DNA of 64,000 nucleotides from a plasmid: sequence record CP113993.1; one strand, 5' to 3'. Shown piece by piece: positions 38,270 to 48,460 of this stretch (position 1 is its first letter; each line of letters starts with the position of its first letter). The notes under the pieces were generated by a model. It saw only the letters and a program-made list of their open reading frames with translations, ran no database searches and was not told where the DNA came from. The position numbers and the translations under genes were made by a program.

Positions 38270-38611
38270 TCAATTGTTGTTCATATCGATGCCATCTTTC
38301 CTGCCTGAATCTGTCTTTTTAGGTGCTGTTTTAGAGGAAGAACGGCGGGATGGTTTTTTCGATTCTGCTTCCCGAATAATGTCACGAAGTGCCTTCTCTC
38401 CTACTTCATACCCTGCATTTTTGAGCGTGTCACGAACATCTGCCAGTGTATAACCCTTTGTCCTTACCAGGACAATAATGTCATCACGAATGGCATCAAG
38501 AAAATCACGCAATGTTTTCCGTTGAGCGGTGAGGTCCGGCAATTCCGATAAAGCAGCTTTTGCCAGCTGGATGTCATCATCTGAGTAAAATTTTTTAGAA
38601 GCCATTGGCAC
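38270..38611 (-). CDS. Hypothetical protein adjacent to oriT, transcribed away from it (113 aa, basic C-terminus)
   Basis: ORF with an RBS. It is the first gene on the leading side of oriT. Confidence 0.45.
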   Translation of the reverse strand: MPMASKKFYSDDDIQLAKAALSELPDLTAQRKTLRDFLDAIRDDIIVLVRTKGYTLADVRDTLKNAGYEVGEKALRDIIREAESKKPSRRSSSKTAPKKTDSGRKDGIDMNNN

Positions 38612-38739
38612 TTTCTCTCCGTTTAATGTTGAAGCCTGATTTTATCACCAAAAACTGACTCCTGGCAGGGCTGCGCCCTGCCTCTGCCGTCTGCATAAGA
38701 CTATGATGCACAAAAATAACAGGCTATAATGGCCTGAAA

Positions 38740-38830
38740 AACGGGACAGGATGTGCAATTGTAATACCGTCACACGCGACGCTATTACAATTGCCATCTG
38801 GTCAGGGCTTCGCCCCGACACCCCGTAAGG
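38740..38830 (+). other. oriT (IncI1 R64-type nick region with an inverted repeat)
   Basis: ATTGTAATACCGTCACACGCGACGCTATTACAATTGCCATCTGGTCAGGGCTTCGCCCCGAC matches the R64 oriT repeat/nick region. It lies immediately upstream of nikA. Confidence 0.75.
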
Positions 38831-38838
38831 AGCCTGAA

Positions 38839-39171
38839 GTGAGTGATAGTGCGGTAAGAAAGAAAAGTGAGGTACGGCAAAAGACAGTTGTCAGGACACT
38901 CAGATTCTCTCCTGTTGAGGATGAAACCATCAGGAAAAAAGCTGAAGATTCCGGACTTACTGTATCTGCTTACATCCGAAATGCAGCACTGAATAAGCGA
39001 ATTAACTCCCGTACAGATGATGCTTTTCTGAAGGAGTTAATGAGACTGGGAAGGATGCAGAAGCATCTGTTTGTTCAGGGAAAAAGAACCGGTGACAAGG
39101 AATACGCAGAAGTGCTTGTTGCCATAACCGAACTTACAAATACATTGCGTAAACAGTTAATGGAAGGTTGA
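38839..39171 (+). CDS. nikA: Relaxosome accessory protein NikA (RHH)
   Basis: The 110-aa product from VSDSAVRKKSEVRQKTVVRTLRFSPVEDETIRKKAEDSGLTVSAYIRNAAL matches R64 NikA. The RBS is AAGGAG. Confidence 0.9.
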   Translation: MSDSAVRKKSEVRQKTVVRTLRFSPVEDETIRKKAEDSGLTVSAYIRNAALNKRINSRTDDAFLKELMRLGRMQKHLFVQGKRTGDKEYAEVLVAITELTNTLRKQLMEG

Positions 39172-39181
39172 GGATTCTCCT

Positions 39182-41881
39182 GTGAATGCAGTCATTCCGA
39201 AAAAGAGAAGGGACGGCAAGTCTTCGTTCGAAGACCTGGTATCCTACGTCTCTGTCCGGGATGACATGACCGATGAGGAACTGGATTTATCTTCTTCTTC
39301 GCAGGCTGAACAACCGCACCGAAGCCGTTTCAGTCGCCTTGTTGATTATGCGACACGTCTTCGAAATGAGTCATTCGTGGCGCTGGTTGATGTCATGAAG
39401 GACGGCTGCGAATGGATCAACTTTTATGGTGTCACCTGCTTTCATAACTGTACTTCTCTTGAAACTGCCGCTGCAGATATGGAGTACATTGCCCTGCAGG
39501 CACACTATGCAAAAGATGACACTGATCCTGTTTTTCACTACATCCTTTCCTGGCAGTCACATGAAAGCCCGCGTCCGGAACAGATTTATGACAGTGTACG
39601 TCATACGCTGAAATCACTCGGCCTTGCCGACCATCAGTATGTCTCTGCCGTGCATACTGATACAGATAATCTGCACGTCCATGTGGCTGTTAACCGGGTA
39701 CACCCTGAAACGGGTTATCTGAACCGGTTATCCTGGAGTCAGGAAAAACTCAGTCGTGCCTGCCGTGAGCTTGAACTGAAGCATGGTTTTGCTCCGGATA
39801 ACGGTTGCTGGGTCCATGCACCGGGAAATCGTATCGTTCGCAAAACCGCCGTTGAACGTGATCGCCAGAACGCGTGGACACGCGGGAAAAAACAAACTTT
39901 TCGCGAGTATGTCGCGCAGACAGCGGTCGCTGGTTTACGCAGTGAACCTGTAAGTGACTGGTTATCCCTGCATCGTCGTCTTGCGGAAGATGGTCTGTAC
40001 CTGTCTCAGATGGACGGAAAATATCTGGTGATGGATGGCTGGGATCGCAACAGGGAAGGTGTACAGCTTGACTCGTTTGGTCCCTCCTGGTGTGCAGAAA
40101 AACTCATGAAAAAAATGGGTGACTACACGCCAGTACCAAAAGACATTTTCAGCCAGGTGGAAGCACCAGGACGCTATAATCCGGACTTCATTGCAGCTGA
40201 TGTTCGCCCGGAAAAAATCGCTGAAACAGAAAGTCTGCAGCAGTATGCCTGTCGTCATCTTGGAGAACGTCTGCCGGAAATGGCACGGGAAGGACGGCTG
40301 GAAAACTGCCAGGCTATTCACCGCACACTGGCTGAAGCGGGTTTATGGATGCGTGTTCAGCATGGTCACCTGGTTATCTGTGACGGTTATGATCATAACC
40401 AGACTCCCGTTCGTGCTGACAGCGTATGGTCACTGCTGACGCTCGACAATGTGAATCAACTCGATGGTGGCTGGCTGCCTGTACCAACAGATATTTTCCG
40501 CCAGGTTACGCCAACAGAACGCTTCCGTGGTCGTCGTATGGAGAGCTGTCCTGCGACCGATAAAGAATGGCACCGTATGCGTACAGGCACGGGGCCGCAG
40601 GGGGCTATCAAACGCGAACTGTTTTCTGACAAAGAAAGTCTGTGGGGATACAGCATCAGCCATTGTAGCCCTCAGATTGAAGAAATGATCACACAGGGTG
40701 AGTTTACCTGGCAGCGTTGTCATGAGCTGTTTGCACAACAGGGACTGATGCTACAGAAACAACATCACGGGCTTGTTGTCGTTGATGCCTTTAATCATGA
40801 GCAAACGCCGGTGAAGGCCAGCAGCATTCATCCTGATCTGACACTGGGGCGTGCAGAGCCACAGGCCGGACCTTTTGTGAGTGCCCCAGCAGATTTGTTT
40901 GACAGGGTGCAACCTGAAAGTCGCTATAACCCGGAGCTGGCTGTCAGTGACAGGTACGGGGTCAGCAGTAAACGTGACCCAATGCTGCGCCGGCAGCGAC
41001 GTGAAGCCAGAGCTGAGGCCCGTGCTGACCTGCGTGCCCGCTATCTGGCATGGCGTGAACAATGGCGTAAACCAGATCTGCGTTATGGGGAACGTTGTCG
41101 GGAAATTCATCAGGCATGCCGTCTGCGGAAGTCACACATTCGTGCGCAGTACGATGATCCGGCATTACGTAAGCTGCATTATCACATTGCAGAAGTTCAG
41201 CGAATGCAGGCATTGATCAGGCTGAAAGAAGACATCAGGGATGAGCGACAGAAACTTATTGCTGACGGGAAATGGTATCCACCCTCTTACCGTCAGTGGG
41301 TCGAAATTCAGGCTGCTCAGGGAGACAGGGCTGCTGTATCGCAGCTGAGAGGCTGGGATTATCGCGATCGCCGTAAAGACAGGTCACGCACAACGACGAC
41401 AGACCGCTGTGTCGTGCTTTGTGAACCGGGCGGAACGCCGGTATACGGTAATACCGGTGATCTCGAGGCCCGTCTGCAGAAGAACGGGAGTGTTCGTTTC
41501 CGTGACCGTCGGACGGGAGAGTTTGTCTGTACGGATTATGGTGACAGGGTTGTTTTCCGTAATCACCATGACCGCAATGCGCTGGCAGATAAACTGGATT
41601 TGATTGCACCGGTATTATTCGGGCGTGATCCACGCATGGGTTTTGAACCAGAAGGAAACGACAAACAATTTAACCAGGTCTTTGCTGAAATGGTTGCCTG
41701 GCATAATGTGACAGGCCGTACCGGTCACGAAGACTACAGGATTACGCGACCGGACGTGGATCATCACCGTGAAGGAAGTGAACGCTACTACCGCGATTAT
41801 ATCGCGGCGAACAGCAACGATGACGCATCACTGCCTCCGCCGGAGCAGGATAAACGCTGGGAACCGCCTTCTCCAGGTTAA
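39182..41881 (+). CDS. nikB: Relaxase NikB (MOBP)
   Basis: The 899-aa product is the same length as R64 NikB. It has the HxDTDNLHVHVAVNRV His-triad motif and starts at GTG with a GAGGA RBS. Confidence 0.95.
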   Translation: MNAVIPKKRRDGKSSFEDLVSYVSVRDDMTDEELDLSSSSQAEQPHRSRFSRLVDYATRLRNESFVALVDVMKDGCEWINFYGVTCFHNCTSLETAAADMEYIALQAHYAKDDTDPVFHYILSWQSHESPRPEQIYDSVRHTLKSLGLADHQYVSAVHTDTDNLHVHVAVNRVHPETGYLNRLSWSQEKLSRACRELELKHGFAPDNGCWVHAPGNRIVRKTAVERDRQNAWTRGKKQTFREYVAQTAVAGLRSEPVSDWLSLHRRLAEDGLYLSQMDGKYLVMDGWDRNREGVQLDSFGPSWCAEKLMKKMGDYTPVPKDIFSQVEAPGRYNPDFIAADVRPEKIAETESLQQYACRHLGERLPEMAREGRLENCQAIHRTLAEAGLWMRVQHGHLVICDGYDHNQTPVRADSVWSLLTLDNVNQLDGGWLPVPTDIFRQVTPTERFRGRRMESCPATDKEWHRMRTGTGPQGAIKRELFSDKESLWGYSISHCSPQIEEMITQGEFTWQRCHELFAQQGLMLQKQHHGLVVVDAFNHEQTPVKASSIHPDLTLGRAEPQAGPFVSAPADLFDRVQPESRYNPELAVSDRYGVSSKRDPMLRRQRREARAEARADLRARYLAWREQWRKPDLRYGERCREIHQACRLRKSHIRAQYDDPALRKLHYHIAEVQRMQALIRLKEDIRDERQKLIADGKWYPPSYRQWVEIQAAQGDRAAVSQLRGWDYRDRRKDRSRTTTTDRCVVLCEPGGTPVYGNTGDLEARLQKNGSVRFRDRRTGEFVCTDYGDRVVFRNHHDRNALADKLDLIAPVLFGRDPRMGFEPEGNDKQFNQVFAEMVAWHNVTGRTGHEDYRITRPDVDHHREGSERYYRDYIAANSNDDASLPPPEQDKRWEPPSPG

Positions 41882-41917
41882 AAAAAAGGCCGCGCCAGAA
41901 TCCGGCGCGGCCACTGT

Positions 41918-44209
41918 TCAGTACATTCCGTCCCAGTCCGGACGGTTGGTTTTTTTATGATGAAACCCGTTTACAGGACGCCCTGTCGGGTGGTTATTGT
42001 CCTGTGGAAGCGTTAACAGGTTTATACCTGCTCTTTCTGCTCTCACTGATATCTGATTTTCCTCTTTTGTTTCAGGTAGTTCTGGTCTGTTCAGCGTGAT
42101 ATAGCGAATTCGTCGCTCTTCCCGTGTGGTCGTTTTAAGCGTATTCACCGCTGTTTCCCACAAGGCACTTTCACGTGCGTTGATATCTGTGTCGTACTCT
42201 TCCAGCATTGCCATAGCCGCCTGACGTCCTGCAATGCGTTGCTGGAATGTATCCACGATCGTGTGCGGCTCTGTGCGAATTTTTCGTCTTTTTCTGGAGG
42301 GTTTTGCAGTCAGGACGCCAATGATGGCACTGACATTTTCCGGTGACGGTATTCGACGTTGAGTGGTACGGGGAACAAGACGGCGGAGACGGTCCAGGCG
42401 TGGCGCATCCACGCTGATATACCTGTTTATAACAACGGGATCGCTGCTGCAGCTTTTCTCATCGTCAGGGATGAAGAATGATGCTGATGGTACGGTTTCT
42501 CCCCGGAAAATAGAAAAGAATTCGCCAGGATGAAGTTCAATCAACTCCTGAACATTTATCTTGCTTTCCATCAGGATGCTGATTTGTGGGCTGTCAATCC
42601 ATGATTCACCAAATATGCCGTCCTGACGCTGCAGGTTGTTCATTCTCGCCCTGGCTTCTTCACCGGCGGCGCTTTTCAGCGTTCTGGCCGTACTGCCCTC
42701 GCTGACAATCCTGCCGGCAAATTTTGTCCCCGTGTTCTGCATCAGTGTTGCAGTATTCGTGGCTGTTGTCTGTCCTTCTATACGTTCCTGGTCCTGTGCC
42801 ATCAAAATCAGAGCAAAATCCAGTGAACGCACCTGAGTGGCTTCCACAGCAATACGGTCCGTATAGTATGCCCCCACTTCATCAAGGAAACACAGATAAG
42901 GGAAACGCCCCTTATATTTTTTGACTTCCAGTGCATCGGAATCAGTTCCTTCGAGGCGGTAGCCCAAATCACGGGCGAGAATCATACTTTTCTGGGTGAT
43001 AAACATTCGTCCAAGAGCAGACGTTGTATGCGCTGATGTATCCAGAGCGGGGATCATTACCATCAGAATCCTGTCGCTGTGAATGCTGTCACGGATATCG
43101 ATATCACCGGAATCTTCAGCAAAAATATCCCCGAATGCTTCCGTGAATGTGCTGAAAGTTTCAGAAAACTGCCCGGAGAGATAAGCATGTTGTTTTCTGG
43201 GTTCTTCCGTCCAGGCTGATGGTGTCCTGACCAGCGACAGGTCGAAACCGGGAACGTCCTGAAGGTAGTTACGTAACGGTGCGATAGCTTCTTCCGGCCA
43301 CTGATCATCGAGGCCACGACAGTAAAGTTTGGCCATCCCTTCGAGAGTCATATGTTCACGGAGCATCTGCAGCGACATTGTTTTGCCTTCGCGCACACAC
43401 CAGAATTTAGTACCAAATACCAGTGCCTTATTCATGGCAATGGCCCGGGACTGCCACTCGCCCCCCTGGACGTTCTGGGGCAGCATTGACTGCATTGTCT
43501 CCGCTGTGAATGCCTCAGTGCTGTAACAGAAGGGATTCCAGGTATTTGACTGAGGACGCGTTTTTTCACCACTCAGAATGATTTCACTGCGGGATTTTCC
43601 TCCGTTCATGAAGTTAATGACTTCCACATCGTCTTCACGTCCAAAGCGTCTGGCCAGATACCAGATCGTTCTTGCCGTATCATTCTGTGCCTTGCCATCG
43701 ACAAGGGTGAATCCTCTTGCCCAGCAAAGTGGGTTAATCGCCCAGGCAAAGATGGTTTCCGTTTTACCGCCACCGGTGGTGGCGAAAAACATTATATGGC
43801 GGGTCAGATCGTCCATACTCAGCCATAACTCCCTGCCAATATCCCTGACGCGTTGATAACCAACATAGAATATGCCGCTGGCCGGTGATTCCAGAATGAC
43901 CTCATACTGGAACAGGGTTGGCCAGAAGCTGAAAAGACTTCTTTTAATCATTCTGTCCTGTGACGGGTCAGCACATTCCAGCGTCATGGGCATACGAAGA
44001 GGGCAGCGCCATCGCTGCAGACTAAATACCAGCATTGTTATCAGTGTGAACAACAGACATGCCGGTAATGCAAGTGGCCAGATAAAACTGGCCACAAGAC
44101 TTGCCACCAGGCAAAAGCCATAGATATTGAGACTCTGGAGTGCATTCCAGACAGGATTTCCCCAGGCTGTACGGTGTAAAAGCTCGGGGTTAACGCGATG
44201 TTCACTCAT
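41918..44209 (-). CDS. trbC: Type IV coupling protein TrbC (VirD4/TraD-like)
   Basis: The 763-aa protein has N-terminal TM helices and a Walker A (FFATTGGGKTE). It converges on nikB as in R64. Confidence 0.85.
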   Translation of the reverse strand: MSEHRVNPELLHRTAWGNPVWNALQSLNIYGFCLVASLVASFIWPLALPACLLFTLITMLVFSLQRWRCPLRMPMTLECADPSQDRMIKRSLFSFWPTLFQYEVILESPASGIFYVGYQRVRDIGRELWLSMDDLTRHIMFFATTGGGKTETIFAWAINPLCWARGFTLVDGKAQNDTARTIWYLARRFGREDDVEVINFMNGGKSRSEIILSGEKTRPQSNTWNPFCYSTEAFTAETMQSMLPQNVQGGEWQSRAIAMNKALVFGTKFWCVREGKTMSLQMLREHMTLEGMAKLYCRGLDDQWPEEAIAPLRNYLQDVPGFDLSLVRTPSAWTEEPRKQHAYLSGQFSETFSTFTEAFGDIFAEDSGDIDIRDSIHSDRILMVMIPALDTSAHTTSALGRMFITQKSMILARDLGYRLEGTDSDALEVKKYKGRFPYLCFLDEVGAYYTDRIAVEATQVRSLDFALILMAQDQERIEGQTTATNTATLMQNTGTKFAGRIVSEGSTARTLKSAAGEEARARMNNLQRQDGIFGESWIDSPQISILMESKINVQELIELHPGEFFSIFRGETVPSASFFIPDDEKSCSSDPVVINRYISVDAPRLDRLRRLVPRTTQRRIPSPENVSAIIGVLTAKPSRKRRKIRTEPHTIVDTFQQRIAGRQAAMAMLEEYDTDINARESALWETAVNTLKTTTREERRIRYITLNRPELPETKEENQISVRAERAGINLLTLPQDNNHPTGRPVNGFHHKKTNRPDWDGMY

Positions 44210-45272
44210 GGCCAGACTCGCTGTCGGTGGTTTTCAGGAATAAATTAAGCGTGCCAGTTTCCTGCAGAATTCCTGTAGGCAGATGCCAGCCGGTGTCGGA
44301 CAGCACCCATGGGGTACCGGCAAATCCGAACTTACGGAAGGCGACATTGTTTACATCAATTGCAGCTCTGGCCGCTTTCAGGCATGTTTCATCTGCAGGC
44401 GTTGTTTCTTCTGATGGCGTCATCATTCCGTTATCTGCGGAATACAGTCGGTGCCAGCCGGCAGCACGTTTCTGAGCATCTTTTTCACACAGCAGTGGTG
44501 CCACACGGTCGGTGGATTCCTCTCCACCAATAACTGAAACCGGGTAGATAACGACATTGAAGTCGCTGGCCAGGCGTTTTAAGGCCGGCTCCAGAAGTCT
44601 GCAGTTAGGACAGGCAGGATCGAGAAATGCGTACAGGGTTCGTTCATGACCGGATGACAGGTTGATGGTAAACATGCCCCGATCGGCGTTCCGCTTCAGA
44701 ACAGTAGCCAGATTATGTCGCGCAGCTGCGGCTTCCGGATTTTTGCTTGTGATTGTTTTCTCCGGTACCTGGACGTCTTTTTTCGGGGGAACCGGGAGTT
44801 GAATGCCTTCATTTAATGGCACAGTGTGATTCAGGTGAGGGGGAAGCAGTCGTGGCTCACCTGCTGTCTGTACTGCTTCAGGCGTTGTATCATCCCAGAA
44901 TACACGATCAACATAGCGGAACAGAGAGAAGCCAATCGTTGCCATTACGAACAGCACAACGCTGGCGATTATGCCACGGAACAAAGGTGTTCTGCTGAAG
45001 CGGCGTTCCATCAGGTATTCAAGACGCAGGCAGGAATCAATAGCTGTAAGTATCTGGTCAGCGTTATGCTCCTGTTTATCAATCAGGATGGTTTCTCTGT
45101 TACGGGTGCCCATGGCGTCAAAGGCTATATGAATCAGTTGATTATTTCGTGTTACCAGCCCTGACAGGGCATCCCGTGGAAGGACGGCAATAATTTCTGT
45201 CCTGCCATCCGGCCAGATTGCCTGCACGGAAATATGTTTTGCAATGCGTGTTGCAAAGTACTCGATTGTCAT
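44202..45272 (-). CDS. trbB: TrbB (thioredoxin-fold disulfide isomerase-like, CPNC motif)
   Basis: It has one TM segment and a DPACPNC motif, and it is overlap-coupled with trbC. Confidence 0.8.
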   Translation of the reverse strand: MTIEYFATRIAKHISVQAIWPDGRTEIIAVLPRDALSGLVTRNNQLIHIAFDAMGTRNRETILIDKQEHNADQILTAIDSCLRLEYLMERRFSRTPLFRGIIASVVLFVMATIGFSLFRYVDRVFWDDTTPEAVQTAGEPRLLPPHLNHTVPLNEGIQLPVPPKKDVQVPEKTITSKNPEAAAARHNLATVLKRNADRGMFTINLSSGHERTLYAFLDPACPNCRLLEPALKRLASDFNVVIYPVSVIGGEESTDRVAPLLCEKDAQKRAAGWHRLYSADNGMMTPSEETTPADETCLKAARAAIDVNNVAFRKFGFAGTPWVLSDTGWHLPTGILQETGTLNLFLKTTDSESGHE

Positions 45273-45290
45273 TTTCAGTTCTCCGGATAA

Positions 45291-46499
45291 TCAGAATTCG
45301 TTGTCTGTAGCAGGTGTACGGGGCAGGATGTCGTCGGTGAGGGACCAGTTGGTCAGGATGCGGCGTTTCCGGTCGCGATCTGGTTGTGGTTCATCCCAGA
45401 TAAGACCGAGACTGAGCATATCCCGCCGTAAGCCTTCCACCGCTTCATCAACACAGGGTTCAGGGCAGGGAAGGCCAAAACGCATGGCTTCGGCCTCTGC
45501 ACGTGCAACGGCCACCACGCCAGCGCCTTCAATAAATCCTTTCGTGGTATTGGCGCGGTGTAATGCATAAAACAGCGTTCTGTCCACGCCTTTCAGCCAA
45601 ATCCAGTTGGGTGGCGTAAGCCGCAGGTCATGTGCATACAGCCAGACCAGCCCACTGCGGACGTAGCGATGTTGTTTCAGCCATTGCTGTGCTCCGTTGC
45701 TTTTAATCACTCTCTGGAAAGCTGATTTGGCCAGTGAATAAACAGGGGTACAGAATTTCCCGCTGTCCCGTTTGCTTTTAATTCTGCATGAGAGGTTCAG
45801 TGTATCCATGAGCTTTAATGCTGCCTTACGATCATCCAGGAAATACTGAAGGCCAAATATGGCAAAGAGCGCTTTTTCATGTGGTGCCATGTCTTTCCAG
45901 GACGTTAAAGGTTTACCCAACTGGGCCATGAAACATCGTCTTGCAGCTGCAACATCGAGCTGCATATTGGTGATGAGAGTATGCTGTTCGACAAATGCTT
46001 CCGGGGTGAGAGCAACCCGCCGTTCAGGTCGTTTGCCACCATGAAAGAGTTTTTCCGGATCACCATCTGCCAGTACAGGGGCGATAGCAGGGGACAACGA
46101 AGCAAAGATGTGTGGCAGTCGGGTAATATCTACTGGTCTGCGGGTGAAACGACTTTGTCCCGGATGTTGATACCACTCCCACAAACACCAGAGTGTCACA
46201 GGTAAGAGGTACATCCACAGAATACCTATGGTCTGCTCCATGACGTTAACCCACTGGCTATAGCTTATGTTGGCGGCGTTGTTACCGGTCATGGCAAGCA
46301 GGTTGTATCGTGGTGCTGCATAGTTATGAAATGGTCCCCAGTCAACCAGTCCCCATAAGGTATGAAGAATCAGGCAGCTGGCGTAAACCACTTCCGGCAA
46401 GAATAACCATATGACGAATAGCAGCAGGATAAGAAGGACACCAACAGCGCCCCATATCTGCATAGGATCTTCTGCGACAGGCTGTCGATTGTAAGACAT
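45291..46499 (-). CDS. trbA: TrbA (membrane protein required for transfer)
   Basis: The 402-aa protein has an N-terminal TM. Its position matches the R64 trbABC operon. Confidence 0.75.
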   Translation of the reverse strand: MSYNRQPVAEDPMQIWGAVGVLLILLLFVIWLFLPEVVYASCLILHTLWGLVDWGPFHNYAAPRYNLLAMTGNNAANISYSQWVNVMEQTIGILWMYLLPVTLWCLWEWYQHPGQSRFTRRPVDITRLPHIFASLSPAIAPVLADGDPEKLFHGGKRPERRVALTPEAFVEQHTLITNMQLDVAAARRCFMAQLGKPLTSWKDMAPHEKALFAIFGLQYFLDDRKAALKLMDTLNLSCRIKSKRDSGKFCTPVYSLAKSAFQRVIKSNGAQQWLKQHRYVRSGLVWLYAHDLRLTPPNWIWLKGVDRTLFYALHRANTTKGFIEGAGVVAVARAEAEAMRFGLPCPEPCVDEAVEGLRRDMLSLGLIWDEPQPDRDRKRRILTNWSLTDDILPRTPATDNEF

Positions 46500-46760
46500 G
46501 ACAAAGTCTCCATTTCTGGAATTTAAATCAAACGGAAAGGTTAAAATTTATTTTCAGGCGATAAGATCTAACCAAAGGAATTGGCCGTGCGATAAAAGGG
46601 TTGTTGCAAATACGAAAATTATTAGAATAGCTGCGGGCGCTTGAGGTTGTATGCCGAAGCGTTTTGTGGACGGTATACAGCAGAAACCCCTTGGAAATTT
46701 ATTATCAATCAACTAACCAAGGGATCTTCTGTAACTACTGTTCGCTATACCGAGTATTAG

Positions 46761-47669
46761 TTATGCTGTTTGTCTTGTTTCAATAATGTCTAAATATTTT
46801 TTATATGTTTCAGAAGTGGTAGTTTGTCCTTTGGCATTTGAAATTACATTATTCACAATAGTTCTTATCATGTCATCAATAAGTTCTAACAAATTTTCTG
46901 CCATGATTCCAGTAAACTCATTACATTTAATATATGTTATATTGTTATTTTCTAATAATTTGGCTGCCCCTATGCTTCCTTTGTTTGTGAATTTCATTCC
47001 ATTTATATCAATTATCTCACCAGTGTTGTTGGTTTCATTTAAATCACTTGAAATCAATGTTTTAAGTATTGAATCTTCAAGCATAAAACATTGATCTTTT
47101 GTGAAGCTAAGGAAAAGATTACTTTTGCATTTATCATCGCTAGTGTTTGATAAAGGGGCGTAACAAAAAGTCATTGAGTTGTGTTTTATATAGTTGTTTA
47201 AAGTGAAAACAATATCATATTTTCCTTCAATTATAGTCTCTATAGACTTATCAAATAAATCATGGCATTTTTTTAAATAAATTTCATTATCAATGCTGGT
47301 AGATTTGATAAGAATACCGATCTCATATTTTGAAAATAGTGCTGATTTTGCTTTCTGATAACCATCTTCACCGCACTTATTTTTAAACTTACTAAACCAT
47401 GGTCTTTGTGGGGGGGTGAGTGTCGTACCAATGATAGAATAGATGATATAAGGGAGATAGTATTCTGCTAGTGCTGCTGAATTATTTATGACAGAATCAA
47501 AAAAATATTCGCAGTCAGGTTCTACATAGTTTGTGTATCGAGGTCTGTTTAGTGATGTAACGAATTTTTCACGAAAAAATAGAAGCTTCTCTATCTGATG
47601 CTTTAAGGATATTTCATAGAGAGACTTTGTGGATACTTCTGCATCTTCATATTCAGGTAATAGTGACAT
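46761..47669 (-). CDS. AT-rich hypothetical protein (302 aa), inserted between trbA and the excA region, flanked by about 39-bp direct repeats
   Basis: The gene is about 29% GC against about 50% in the backbone, and no motif is recognised. The flanking repeats are at 46598-46640 and 47791-47829. Confidence 0.5.
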   Translation of the reverse strand: MSLLPEYEDAEVSTKSLYEISLKHQIEKLLFFREKFVTSLNRPRYTNYVEPDCEYFFDSVINNSAALAEYYLPYIIYSIIGTTLTPPQRPWFSKFKNKCGEDGYQKAKSALFSKYEIGILIKSTSIDNEIYLKKCHDLFDKSIETIIEGKYDIVFTLNNYIKHNSMTFCYAPLSNTSDDKCKSNLFLSFTKDQCFMLEDSILKTLISSDLNETNNTGEIIDINGMKFTNKGSIGAAKLLENNNITYIKCNEFTGIMAENLLELIDDMIRTIVNNVISNAKGQTTTSETYKKYLDIIETRQTA

Positions 47670-47954
47670 TTTTAAACTCCATAATATAAATACATTTGAT
47701 CGTTCAAAACGATACTTATAATTAAAGAGCAGTTAGTTCATTAGAACCGAGCTGTAATGTAGCACATCACAATGCTTCGGCAAAGATTGTTGCAGATACG
47801 AAAGCCGTTAGAATAGCTGCGGGCGGGGTAATTATCGAACTGAGTGCGCCATTCTTTTCAGGAGACGGCAAATTAGAGATGGTTGGTTCAGGTTCAGAGC
47901 ATGAGTTTCCTGGTGTGGCGGACATGCCGGGGTGGATTTTGCAGAGATAACAGA

Positions 47955-47990
47955 TGTAAAAAAACCGACTGGTGAGGTCGGTTTTTTTAC
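47955..47990. terminator. Bidirectional rho-independent terminator (AAAAAAACCGACTGGTGAGGTCGGTTTTTTTAC)
   Basis: A GC stem with loop is flanked by an A-run and a T-run. Confidence 0.5.
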
Positions 47991-48300
47991 TGTTCCGCTA
48001 CAGAGTTGGTGACTCTGGACGGGAAAAGACAGTCTGTATCTAACATGATCAATTCTATGCTTTGTCCCGCACTATGTCAAAAATCCTGCTAATCAAGTAG
48101 TATACAAAACGTTAGCTCTACTGATTGTCTGAACTCGACAACTGACGGATTTGTTAAGTCCTGGCCGGGATAACAGGTGGTGCTGCTTCCGGTGCTCTGG
48201 TCGGAGTGAGGCAGTCTGTATCTAACAATAGAGACAACCGTAGTGACAGGCAGCCCATGAGTAAGCTGCGGTGTTTCGCTCCCTTATCAAGGGAAAACGG

Positions 48301-48396
48301 ATGATTAATCTGTTAATCATCGTTCTCAGGGCAGTAGTTGCCGTTGCAAACGCGCTGATTGCTGTTCTGGAACTGATCCGGGAACTTGTCGACTGA
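48301..48396 (+). CDS. DinQ/TisB-like small hydrophobic type I toxin candidate (31 aa: MINLLIIVLRAVVAVANALIAVLELIRELVD)
   Basis: It resembles E. coli DinQ (ALIALLELIRFLL). A 15-codon leader ORF (48257-48304) overlaps it by ATGA, and the RBS is AAGGGAAAA. Confidence 0.45.
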   Translation: MINLLIIVLRAVVAVANALIAVLELIRELVD

Positions 48397-48460
48397 TAAG
48401 CCTGGAAACGTAACTAAGGGCAGGGAGTTACCGCTTCCTGCCCTTTAACAAAAAGAGATC

